Source: Gordius albopunctatus (taxonomy: Eukaryota). From it: DNA of 64,000 nt. A program made the position numbers and the translations under genes. Positions 38,723-50,675 of the stretch are shown here, piece by piece (position 1 is the stretch's first letter; each line of letters opens with the position of its first letter). The DNA lies in NCBI GenBank assembly GCA_964276515.1, contig OZ193909.1, positions 15,066,001 to 15,130,000 on the forward strand. The letters run 5' to 3'. Below the pieces are notes generated by a model. That model was not told where the DNA came from. It worked only from the letters and a program-made list of their open reading frames with translations, and did no database searches.

Positions 38723-41460
38723 CTATGTGTATATTAAAATCAGTACACAGATGTTACAATCAACGAACTTTGTGTTAGGGGACATGGGGGGGGGATGAGT
38801 ATCTACGGATACGACAATAGTATCTACAATTTTAAAATATATAGTTTTGCAAATGAAACATTTAATAAATTTAGACTTAATTTTATTGGTTTATGAATAT
38901 ATATTTATGTTGTTTAAATTAATAATGAACTACCACTTAACACTATTTAAATACAAGGTATATTTCGTTGATATATTTTACCTTTCACAATTCAAATTTA
39001 AATTTGCGTGCAAATTAAAACAATCAGATTTGAATAAACAAACGGAATTTAATTAACTGAATGAATGATCTTCAATTATACATTTCGTTATTAATTAAAA
39101 ATATTATACTACATAGCATTAATTTAAAAGATATGTCCAGCGTATTTTGCACTGTAAGATTCATATCCTTTGACCCGACACTTTAAATCCAAGCCGACCA
39201 GACTCGAAGGCAGAATAAAGATTTTAAACCCGAACCCGACCCGACCCAAAGACATTTTAAAATTTTTAACCTGAACCAGATCCAACTCGACATCGGGTAG
39301 TGTCCGGGTCAGGTTTTTGGTCACCCGTGTAGGTCACTAAGGTATCGTTTTGCCTAGCGCATAGAGATGCGAAGCAAAATTTTCGAGCACCAATTACAAA
39401 TGTTTTGAGTTGATAATAGGTAAATATATATTATTTTGAACTTGTAGCATTAAGTCCATTATAAAAATGTCAAATATAAGCACTATATTTTACATGTATT
39501 ATAAATTAGTGTCCTTGATTTTGGCATCACATCGCTTCACTTACATTAGTGTCGAGTTTCCAATCATCATAATTTCTAACATGCCTTATAAACTTACCAT
39601 TTTATAACATAAAATTTAAAATAAATTACAAAAAAAACTTATGAGGATTTTTGAAACTATAAACATAATTGAATTAAGATTTTTTTCGGGAATTTACTGA
39701 TTTTGAGTAACTTTTTGAACTCAGGGGGAAGAAAAGCCCGAGCAAACAATATGTTAAATAAATAATTTTGAAGGAGAATACAAGTGTCCACTTTTACATC
39801 CTCGTGCAAGATGCCAAATTAATAAAAAAAAATATTTTCATGATTAATATGGCTGTCATTGTGTTTGATGTTAAACATAGCCCACATGCAGATTTATTTG
39901 TGAGTTACTTTAGTTAGGGGAATATTAAAAGCATCAATAAACCTTTTTTTACAAATGTTTTAATCAATTTATTAGCTAGTTTATTTTCTGCCTATCTCAT
40001 TAATCGTATAATCATCCTAATTACATTTTGATAGTCATCTATAAGTTTACAGCCTCAAATATCTAATGTTGATTAAAATAGAACTATAATTTTAAAAACC
40101 GATTAGAATAATGACTTTTTGGTATGGTCTAAAATATATACAATATTAACATTTTATTTTTTAAATGATACACATAACTTAGGGAAGGGAGGTAGCGAGA
40201 TTTGGACAGATGACCCATTTTAAACTTTTTATCATTGACGACGATCAAATCATTATTATGATTTATATATGAAAATTTTAAAAAAATTGCATTTTTGACA
40301 TTAAATTGTAAAAGCGTGAAGTCTGTGAATTAGGTTAATATAGAGATTGTTTAAGCTTTATCTTTAACAATAATTAACAAAAAATCAATTAGCGCGATTA
40401 GTAGAAAGCATGTATTAAAAATTGGTGGCCGTAAACGGGTGTAATCTTCACCCTTTTATCCTTTATATTTCTATTTCAGTCCCTTTGAATTAAAAAGTCA
40501 TTATCCTTGTCAAAATTAGAAATATAGATATTGAGAAGAATGCGATGTGTTTGACCACTTATCTAAAATTTTTAAATAGTAATGTAAAATCAATGTTTAC
40601 TGTCTGATTATGAATAAAATTATACTAGCTCTCTTTAATAATAAAATTATTGCATAAATTTATTAAGAGTTGCGTTGTAAAATTTATTTTAAGTAAAAAA
40701 ATCTTATTTGAGAGCTGAACAAAACAATAGTATTTTAAAACATTAACTATTTTGTCCTTAGTTAAGCCCATCCCTATCTGGTCTACATCTAGAACCCGGT
40801 AAACACTCTAACTACAGAGCTATGTGTAGCTTCATTCTGAATAGGGATTAAGAATTAAGTTAATTAATAATCGTTTATTAGCTAGAGATTTTTAATTATT
40901 TAAAACAAATTTGTATTTTTTTAATTGCTTATTTTATGCAATTTTACTTCTAGGTAAAAATTCTGGCAATCAGCTATTCAAACTTGTAATATAAAAATCA
41001 CTATTAAAGAGTTAATTTTTGGCTAACAATTATATGAATGAATATTAATGAACCCGTCATCGACATTGTTTCTAATAATCAAAAACTCTTATTTTGTCAC
41101 ATGTATTAAAATCATGAAAGTTATCAATTCGTTAACAAGCATTATTCTTACATGAAAGAAATAGACTTTTCCCGTTTTGGCAAAACATTCAATTTCAGTT
41201 CGGTTAAGAATTCTAGAGAGTCTAAGACATGAATAAAAAAAGGACATAAATAAACTTCGGTATATTGAAATTAACTAATATGGCATAATATTCACCCTTA
41301 TCCCAGTTAAAAAATAATTTATTGACATCTTTATTGACAAATATATCATTGTAATTAACAAAATAAAAAATTTCAACTTCGCTATTCATAATCAAAATGA
41401 CTGTCAAATTGAATTACACAGAGTTATTCAGTGTTATCGACTAAAGTTACAAGTACCTTA

Positions 41461-41603
41461 CATGGGCTTAGCCAGCATTGGAATTAGAGGGGGGAAATAA
41501 TTATTTAGGAAGGGCAAAATGAACATTTTTTGAAATTTTATCCATAATTTTAATAAATATTAATACATTTTTGGATTTAGGCCGCCCCCTGGCTACGCCC
41601 ATG
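41461..41603. mobile_element. hAT-type MITE, family A (reverse, internally deleted)
   Basis: TIRs catgggcttagccag / ctggctacgcccatg; perfect TSD gtacctta. Confidence 0.92.
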
Positions 41604-42329
41604 GTACCTTAAATATATATTAATCTATGTATGTGCGTCTGTCTGTTTAAGCTTAAGACACCTAATGGCTCTCATCTTTTAGCCATATGGTTAATGAATC
41701 CATTACCTAAAAAAATTATGTAATTATATCAGTAACAAAACTTTGAAGTTTATAATCTGTGGCCATAGTAGAATTTTTTAAAAACGGCAATCATTGCAAT
41801 TTTTTATTTTCTTAATATACACATTATTTTTTTAATGATACAAATAAAACATGTCTTCTTCCACAAATGACACATTTATCAAATATTTTAGCCTACAATT
41901 ATAAGAACGATTATATTTTCGCAAATAGCGTTTTAGGCTCAATCGGTCAATAGATTTCTCTCTAACTTGGCTCATATTAAAATATTAATTTCTGCAGAGC
42001 TACCTATTTTATATTTCTTTGCTATTGATCAATTATATTTTATGCTTTAATTCCTGTCTTCATTTCATTTTCTTATCAATGAGTACAATTCATTTGAGAT
42101 ATGGATAACATATTTTTAACAAGCAAAATACTTATCAAAATATGGCTCTTTTCCAATAATTACCGTTTAATATTCGAGTTATATAAAATTAGAATAATAA
42201 TATTATATTTTGTTGTATTATTAAAAACGCCACAATCGCAAAGATTGCTTTTGGAGTTCAAAAACCAGGAATACCTTAAAAGAATAGTCGACATTTCATT
42301 TTCATAGTAACTGTAATCCTTCAATTTAT

Positions 42330-44760
42330 CTTCTTCTTGATCATGTTTTTAGTTCTAAGATCCTTGGTCTTATTTTGATAATCTCTTCCATCTTGATCAA
42401 GGACTTGTCTTAATCTATTCACTAAAACTTTATAAAGTTGCCGTTCAAACGGGACACGAGGGTGTTCTCTTACTACTTTCCTCAGTGACTCCACAAAATA
42501 TGTTTTGCTTTATGTTATCGGCATCCTAATTAATATATGCCCATAACACCTCAGCAGAATTTTTGTGATATGAGATCTTTGTATATCCAAAATTTTAGCG
42601 CTAAATTTTCATTTTCATGGCTTGTATTAACTTTTCTTTCGGTACCAATCTCACGATATGTTTAGAAGTTTTGCCTTTCAGTCATATTGGCATCCTCTTG
42701 TCGCAATAAGACCAAAGATGCTTGGCCATTGAGCCATATTATTTAAATACTTACGTCCTTAAGCAGAACCTCCTTTTTAATGCATCATACATCAAGATAG
42801 ATAGCTCATATACTTTAGGTTACTTCAATTAGTCATCATTCAGTGACGTTAATCTTCTATAAATTTTTTCAACTAATTTCAAGGTGAAATTTTGATGTTT
42901 TGACCAAATTAATATTACTTCTTTTATCTCCACGAATAAAAATATCTTTGGAACGGAACAGTCATACACCAAGGAGATGGTCTTTATATGTCTCTCATCA
43001 TTGTATTTATTGGCGCAGACTCTTAATATTATCTAATTTATACCCGAAAGGGTTTAGACTTCCCAGTCATTAGATATTCATCTTCTCAAGTATCACCATA
43101 TTAAATCGCGAGGCACTGTGTCATAAGCCTTATCCAAGTCGATATATATTATGTGCATATATTTCGTTTCCCCATGCTTATTTCCCAATATCCATCTTAG
43201 TTAAAAGTATGGATTTGCCGACCATAAATATCTACGCAGCCTATATGTCCGCTTCATTCTTAAGCCTCGCTATCAAATTCCTTTCAGCCTCGCTATCAAA
43301 GGCCTTCACATAAGTTTCAAATAGTGTTTAGTTACTTTGGTCAGCTACACTCCTGAGTGTCCCCTATGTCTTTAACTAATATCGTGACAGCTTTCTAATG
43401 AAGGGAATTCGCTCTTCTGCCAATATCTTTATGACTTTTTTTCGTCTTTAAATAATATCGTGTTTTCTCTATAATGATCAATAATTTTCTTTTTTGCCAA
43501 TATCTTGTTAATTCCATGGCACACACAAGCTTCCATAGGTATTTTACTTGGATCTTTTGCTTTACTTATTCGCACATTTTTATCGTTAATCTAACTTTCT
43601 CCGCGAAGGTGTATGACCATATATATGTTTGGCTCTATATCATAGGACAATTTTCATTAATTCCCTAAAATATACCCTCTTTATCAGTGTAGATATGCAA
43701 TAGCAACGGCCTTTGTCGTAGTTTTTGCCTTCTGGTATACCTAGAGTTGTTAAATTACTAACTTGCTTCAACTCCAGAGGCGAGCACGCACTCTGAGTTG
43801 CTTAATATGCACGTTAGCACAATATGTGCTCGCTGTACGGTGCATTAGGCAGAGCAGCAGCATATAAAAATGCTCGAAGGGCGAGAAGAAACTCGAGCAG
43901 ATAGTAGCTGTAGTTGAAGCGAGTTAGCAATTTAACAACTCTAGGTATACCTGATTATTGCCAACGTTTTCAAATAATGTCACCTTCTATATAGAGTTTT
44001 TTGTCTTACGATAAACATTATTCAATTAATCCCACCACCTAGTTCTCAAATCAAGGTCGGACTTCTTTGGTTATTTTGTCTAGGTCACAATTAACTACTC
44101 CCATTTCTTACTCCCATACACCTATAGTTTCAAGAATAACTGATATTATCTAATGTATGTGCGATTCATGTGCCTTTCTTCTTTCCGGGACAGTCTTCTT
44201 TGAATACCATATAAATGTGCAATATTGCCTGACGATTTCTTACTCAGTAGTACCTTGCAATCCTAAATCTTTCATACTATTAAAAGCAGTCAATTTGAAT
44301 AGACTGTCTGTGTCAAGATAATACTTCCGCTTGTAGAAGTAGCTGTTAGCTATGACTAGGTTTTAGGCTTGTCACATAGAAGTCTTACTTCTTAATATTT
44401 GGACCATAAAAGCCCTCCATGAATTCGTTTTTACCTCTTAAAATCTTTTCCCAAGTGGCCTCTCAAGGTTACCTCAATAAACTTCTGTCATCTTCCTTGG
44501 ATCTCTTTTAAAAAAGTCAAAATAACGTTTTTAAGTTTTCATACACTTAATAAATACGTAGGCTCACACCACAGTTTAAAGACTTCCCTCTGTAAGCTTT
44601 GACTACCACTACCTCTCTTTCAAACGATTTGCTAAGCACGATATTATACGATTTGGTGACCCATTGTAGAATAGCTTGTATTCACCAACTAATTCCGGAT
44701 CATTTGTGCAATCCTGATACACTCCTTGAAGAATTCACAAGTGGCAGGTCGACTCATATA
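42330..44760 (-). mobile_element. Heavily decayed RTE LINE
   Basis: Minus-strand remnants EYKLFYNG (APE, ~44675), MHIIYIDLDKAYDTVPRDLIW (~43100-43160) and PSPWCM (~42970), in the expected order. Confidence 0.75.
43742..43943. mobile_element. hAT-type MITE inserted in the decayed RTE
   Basis: ~32-bp TIR tagagttgttaaatt(a/g)ctaact(t/c)gcttcaact; perfect 8-bp TSD ggtatacc. Confidence 0.93.
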
Positions 44761-45884
44761 TAACAGAACAAGAAGATTTTTCACTTTTAATCACTTTTTG
44801 GAGTAATATTTTTTTCACCACAGGCTGCTATGCATTTTTTACATTTTTAAGAATAAATTACGTTTAATTAAATTGTTTTAGTAGCCCAGCTAATGCTAAC
44901 AAATCTTTCGCTCTAGACTATAACACCTGGTTCAGGAGAGGGTTTTGCATAAAAATTATAAGCAGGACATGCAGGGTCTACGCTAAAAAATATTTTCTTG
45001 TCGGTTTGGTTAAAAAATTGGACTTAAAAAGATTGCTAAAGGTTGTGATTTATCTTTCGACTAGGGTCCCATAAAAAATGTCAACTCTTAATCTTTTAAT
45101 TTTCTTCATATCTATCTAACTCCAGGCATCCTTAAAGCTTGAATGAAGGAGGCAGCTATAAAGTTCCCTTTCAAATTCTATTACTTGAAAAATTTATTTA
45201 AGATTGCTTAAATGTTTCATTAGATTTAAATATAGCCTCAATATTTTTTATCTTTTAGAAAATCAATTGCCTTGCATACTGATTATTTTACTTAAAAAGA
45301 TTTTTGAGTCGAAAGTATGTAAGTATTTAAATTAATTTATATTGCATTATTAAGTGACGAGAGAATAAACCTTTCCAAGTTAAAATCATTACAAAACCTC
45401 TGAAGATTTTGAAATTGTCTTTAATTTAAAGCTTGAAATTTTAAACAAGCTCATAGGCTAAATTGGAGTTTAACTCACTGTAAAACAGCTTATATCCCTA
45501 TCCTGATTCCGGGGTATACTTATTTCAACAAGGCAGGCTTAACTCCCACTATCTTGCTATTCGCATCAGAGGTCAGATTTATTAAAAAAAGTTTCTGCCC
45601 AAAGCCGGCCCGGTTTAATTTTATAACTAAGTTGTCCACCTGGGCCAGCGAGAACCTTCAAAATGTCTACCCGGCCATGCCCAAATTCTTAGTTCGGACC
45701 GACCCAAATGATGTTTTTTAAAATTTTAGAACTAATATCATTATATTTTGTAAAAATCTTTTTTAGTTTCCTATTTTATATGATAAGATTAGGATCAACA
45801 AAAATTATATGATCAAATAAAAAACAGATGAATACACGAAAACAAAATAATAAATTATTTGAAAATATCATTGAGCCCAAACTA

Positions 45885-48860
45885 GGGGCGTGGTGGGTAT
45901 ATGCTTGGTCTTTGAAGCAGGAGCAATCCCGTCTTTGGCACTTATTTCAAAGATTAAATATATATTCACATCGTCAACACGGCTGTAAGGCCTGGATAGC
46001 CAAGCGTCACCCCTAATCCAATTCCTCCATAAAAGTTCAGAATAATGAAAGCGCTAGGGCGTCCTCCTTAAACGACGCGTATGGTAGGCGCACGTATCAT
46101 GTGAAAGTCAACGAGTCACTACATCTTCCGCCAACGGATGTAGTTAAAGAAACTAGTTTGCTAAGGACGAGATTGAGAGTAGGCTAGCTAAATGTTGCAA
46201 CGATGACTGTAAAATACTTAGAAGTTACTGACGCCCTCAGCAAGCGACGGTGCGATATAGCATGTGTACAAGAAACAAGATGGAAAGGAGCAAAAGCAAG
46301 GATGATAGGTGAAGGCTATAAACTTTACTTTATTTGCTTAGAAACGCATAAAAATGGCGTGGCAATTATATTAGCCTCCCATCTGCAAGATAAAGTCATT
46401 GAGGTACACAGAAAAAGTGGCGACCTATAATGTTGAAACTTTGCATAAAAGGTCAAATGATTAATGTAGTGTCCAATTATGTTCCGCAAACAGGATGCAC
46501 AGATGAAGAAAAGGATGACTTTCGGGAAGAATTAGAAAAAATGCTGCGAATGATATCCAGAGCCGAGATAGTTATAATTGGAGCGATATGAATAGGCAAA
46601 ACAAGAGAAGGATTTGAACGATACCATGGTGGAAATAGATACGGAGGGAGAAACGATGAAGGCGACGAAATATTGAAAATAGCCGTGGCATTTGATTTGG
46701 CCATCACAAATACATTCTTAAAAAAGAACGTAGATCACCTAATAACTTACAAAAGTGAGAATCGGTCTTTGCAGATCGACTTCCTCTTTATTAAGAAAGG
46801 AATTAAAAATGTAGGCGGTTGTAAGGTTATACCAGGTGAGGCTAATGCAGTTCAGCACAGACTTGTTGTGATGGACTATGTCATCTCCAAGGCGAAAACA
46901 CAAAAGCCGAAGATATTAAATGGGAAAATCAAATGGCCCCGGCTACCAAATTTGAAAGATGTTTACAACGTACAAATAATTGAACGGCCGAAGATAGATG
47001 ATCAGCAGAATGCTAACGAAATATGGAATAACTTAGCTAACACGATACGATCGGTAGCGAAATGTGTTCTAGGAGAAAGCAAAGCATATACAAAAAGATA
47101 AAGAGACATGGTGGTACAAAAAAGACGTGCAACGCCTAGTCTAGTTGAAAAGAAAACTTTACAGGTATGGTCAGGCGACAGAAATGATGAAACAAAATTG
47201 GCATATGTGAAGGCTAAAAACAAGGCAAAACGTTGTGTAGCCAAGCTAAAAGAGAAGTCTATGAGAATTTGAACGCCAAGTTAACTAGTAAAGAGGAAAA
47301 CGAATGATCTACAAAATCGCAAAAACCAGGGCAAGGAACTCAAATATGTCGTAAACGTCAAAACCATAAAGAGCAAGGAAGGTATTACTTTAAATCTGGA
47401 CCAGTAAATCTGGGAGGAATACTCTAATTATTAAATAGTGAAAAGGGGTGTTTGGACATATACGAATGCAAGAACAATGAATATGACCCAGAGTTAGAAG
47501 TGACACAAGAAGAGGTTGACCAGGTGCTTAAAAAGATGACCATGTGAAGAGCAGTGGGACCTGATTATATACTTATGGAAGGTTTCAAAGTGCTAGGGTT
47601 CTTAGATGTACATTTGCTTGCAGAGCTATTTAACAAAATACTTGCAAGTGATATGATGCCTGATGAGTGTAGGGAAATAATGTGGAGAGATGTACAAGAG
47701 TGTAATAACTATCGGGGGATAAAGTTAACGAGTCACTTAATAGGTGGGGAACAAGTTATAGAAGCTAGTCTCCGAAAAATATTTGGGTTTATGTAGGAGA
47801 GTCAACTTCAGATGCAATCAGGCGACTTAGAAAATTATATAAGGAAAAACATAAGGATCTTCATATGTGTTTCATCGATCTTGAGAAAGCTTTCGATAAA
47901 GTTCCAAGGCGTTTTATATGTGATAGCATAAGTTCTAATGGTGTACCCGACGCTTATATAATGTTAATAATGAATATGTCGAGAAACGCAAAAACCAAAG
48001 TACGGACATTCACTGGTACATCTAAGGGATTCAGTCTTAATGTCGGTGTGCATCAAGGATCGGCACTAGGTTCATTGATCTTCATAACAATGATGGATTC
48101 AATAACTAAGGACCTGAAACGCGAATCACTTTGGGCAATGCGGATGATATAGTGCTGTGGGCAGGCTCAAAATTCAAATTACCAGCGCAGGTAAATGTCT
48201 GGATGGATAGGATTTAAGGCAATGGCCCTAGAGCCAACCGAGATAAAAATGAATATGTATGCTTGGAGTCAGGAAATGAATTCAATGTAACACACCTGCA
48301 AATCGAAATGATGTTTAAGCAGTAGGAAGTAATTCAAATATCTTGGCTCTAGGGCACAATGTAGTGGAGGTGTGGAAAGCGAAATTAAGGCATGAATAAA
48401 CGCAGGCTGGCTAAAATGCAGTAAGTTGAGTGGTGTACTATGTTACAAACACATACCATCCAAATTGAAAGGACGATTATATAACACCGTTATTGTACCC
48501 ACGGTATTGTATGGAGCGGAAACCTGGGCAATTAGGGCAAAAGAGGAGCAAAACTTGGCTACAATGGAGATGCGAATGTTAAGATGGATCTTGGGAATAA
48601 GCAAAAAGGACCATATAAGGAATCAAGACATAAAGGATAAACTGAATTTAGTTCCAATTTAGAGAAAGTTAATTGTATTAAGATTGAGCTGGTATGGCCA
48701 TTTGGAGATACGGGAGGAATGTCACCTGGCAAAAAGTATAAAGAAGGTGCAAATCAAAGGTGAGCGAATGAGAGGGAAGCCTAAGCTGACATAAAAATAT
48801 AAAGAGCTAAGGCGAATCTGGTGTAAGTGCAGGAATACGTGGAGAAACTAGTTGAAGGCA
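45885..48860 (+). mobile_element. Near full-length decayed RTE LINE with a tRNA-SINE-like 5' head
   Basis: Fragments DIACVQETRWKG, NYVPQTGC, LQIDF, VQHRLVVMD (APE); NYRGIKL, FIDLEKAFDKVPR, GVHQGSAL (RT); LYGAETW...EMRMLRW (RTE C-terminus). Many stops and frameshifts. Confidence 0.92.
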
Positions 48861-49698
48861 CATGGGCTGGGCGGGTACATTCGGACAGTGGGCAGGGCCA
48901 GGCATTTTTGGTCTCTGATTCTCATTACTTATTTAGTGAAATTGTTGTGAGTGAAGCGGTAACCCTACTAAATTTGTTGCATTACTTGGCGTAGGATGTA
49001 CTGCACATATTTAAGAAGGACCATTTAGCGTTCTAATCCATATTTAATCAAAACTGTCGAAACCTCTATTTATATCTAATCAAAATAATAAAATATTTAG
49101 TACATAAAACTCTTTAAAATAACATTTTTAATTATTTATATTAAGTATAAAAACATGTTATTTTAAATTATCATTTCGTCTAATTTAATTAGAATCTCTA
49201 CAAAATCATAAATAATGGTCAAAAAAGTTTCAATTAATAATAATGGGGTAAATATTTTATAAAAATGCTTTAAGAAATAAACGTTTTTTAAGATCAAGCT
49301 TTATTGTATTATAAATATAAGGCCCTAAAGTCACACTTTTCTTAGTTGACAATTTTACCCCATCGTTGGAATGTTATAATTTTTTAAATCTACAAAGTTA
49401 TTTAAGATCGTACAATCTCGTGCAGGACGCTAAACCCAGGAATTTTTTGTATCTTTAATACATGTTAATATAAAAGAGGGAATTACACCATCGAGAATGG
49501 ATGCAAGTTTCACATGTGTTTAGGTCCATTAAAAAACATATTTTTAAATTATTATAGGATTTATAATTTATTTTTAGATTTGCTTTATATTGTCTATTGC
49601 AAAATAAAATTGAAATATTCTTTAACCGCTAACATAACGATTAGGATAAAACTGCACTTTTTAGATATCGCTCAATTAATTAGGAGTTAAATTTATAT

Positions 49699-49882
49699 GA
49701 GGCGTAGTTGGTATAGGCTTTGTCTTTGAACAAGAGATTGCGGGTTCAAATCCCGCTTTCAGCACTTTGTTTAAAAAAATTTCACATCGACAACACGGTT
49801 CGCAGGCCTATATAGCCTAGCCGAGCGTCACCCCTCATCGAACTATCTAAAGAAGCTGACCACCTTAGTGTGACAATAGCTA
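49699..49882 (+). mobile_element. tRNA-derived SINE with RTE-like 3' tail
   Basis: A-box-like gaggcgtagttgg, B-box ggttcaaatccc and anticodon-loop-like ctttgaa, but no pairing acceptor stem. The tail gctgaccaccttagtgtgacaa resembles the RTE 3' stem-loop seen at ~56080-56100. Confidence 0.75.
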
Positions 49883-50675
49883 TTGGAAATTTATATGCAC
49901 ATGGAGGAGGCAATGAAATTTTTTAGAAGGGAACGAGAGTTTGGGTTTAATAAGCTGGATTGTTTACCTTTCGCTTTCCTTATAATACATTATTAGCACA
50001 TACAATTAATTATTTATGTTAATCTTTTAAATTATGCTAGTGTTTTATGTGTAATCAAAAGCAAGCAATCTAAGCTTTACCTATTGATCATCTCTCGATA
50101 AGATTTTGATTGGTGGATTAAACTCATTATTTATATCAATTGTATTGATAAAGTGTTAACCCAATGAATGCTATTTAAGGATTGACTATTTACAGTTTTG
50201 TACGGCGAAAGGATTTAATTAATTTGAAAAATTAAGTAAATTTCTAAGAGCTTTAAAAGTTGTTAAAATCTAAAGTTATCAGCATATATCATTGAGGTTA
50301 AAGTAAGTGATAATATAATCTATCAACATTATTTTCTCTATATTTAACTAAAATTTACTATTTAAATAGCCTGCAGTTACAATTAATTATAATTATAATT
50401 TTTTTTAATAAAAACCATCTTCTCTAAAATTCCAAAGGCTGGAAATTTTAGCACTAGTTTTGTAGCTTAACTACGATATCAATAAATTATTTTATTTTAA
50501 ATCCTAATAGCTGAAATTAGAAAATATAGCCGGTCGAAATAAGAATTTATACTTTGTCCAACAAAAAAGATTTTAAAGAGAGGCACAAAATGACATATGT
50601 AGAGAGGCATATTAAGATAGGAAGTAAATGATATGTTTCTTTAATATTTACTTTTTAATTTTTCTATAAAACATT

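Larger units (their letters stand above)
33340..39340. repeat. Several dispersed remnants of a MITE family rich in (a)cccga/tcggg subterminal motifs: ~33340-33795, 34170-34461, 36070-36170, 38047-38230, 39150-39340; also ~24700-24830, 45600-45710, 51740-52130
   Basis: Recurrent ccgaacccgacccg / tcgggtcggg / ggcccg motifs spaced by AT-rich linkers in an otherwise CpG-poor background. Termini are poorly preserved. Confidence 0.65.

Noticed and set aside
47661..47680. Hammerhead ribozyme core (ctgatga...gaaa)
   Set aside because: Lies within RTE coding sequence (MPDEC) and lacks the required flanking stems.
49699..49765. Functional tRNA-Gln(TTG) gene
   Set aside because: A/B boxes and the T arm are present, but the 5' acceptor strand does not pair and the sequence continues into a body shared with a retroelement; treated as a SINE.
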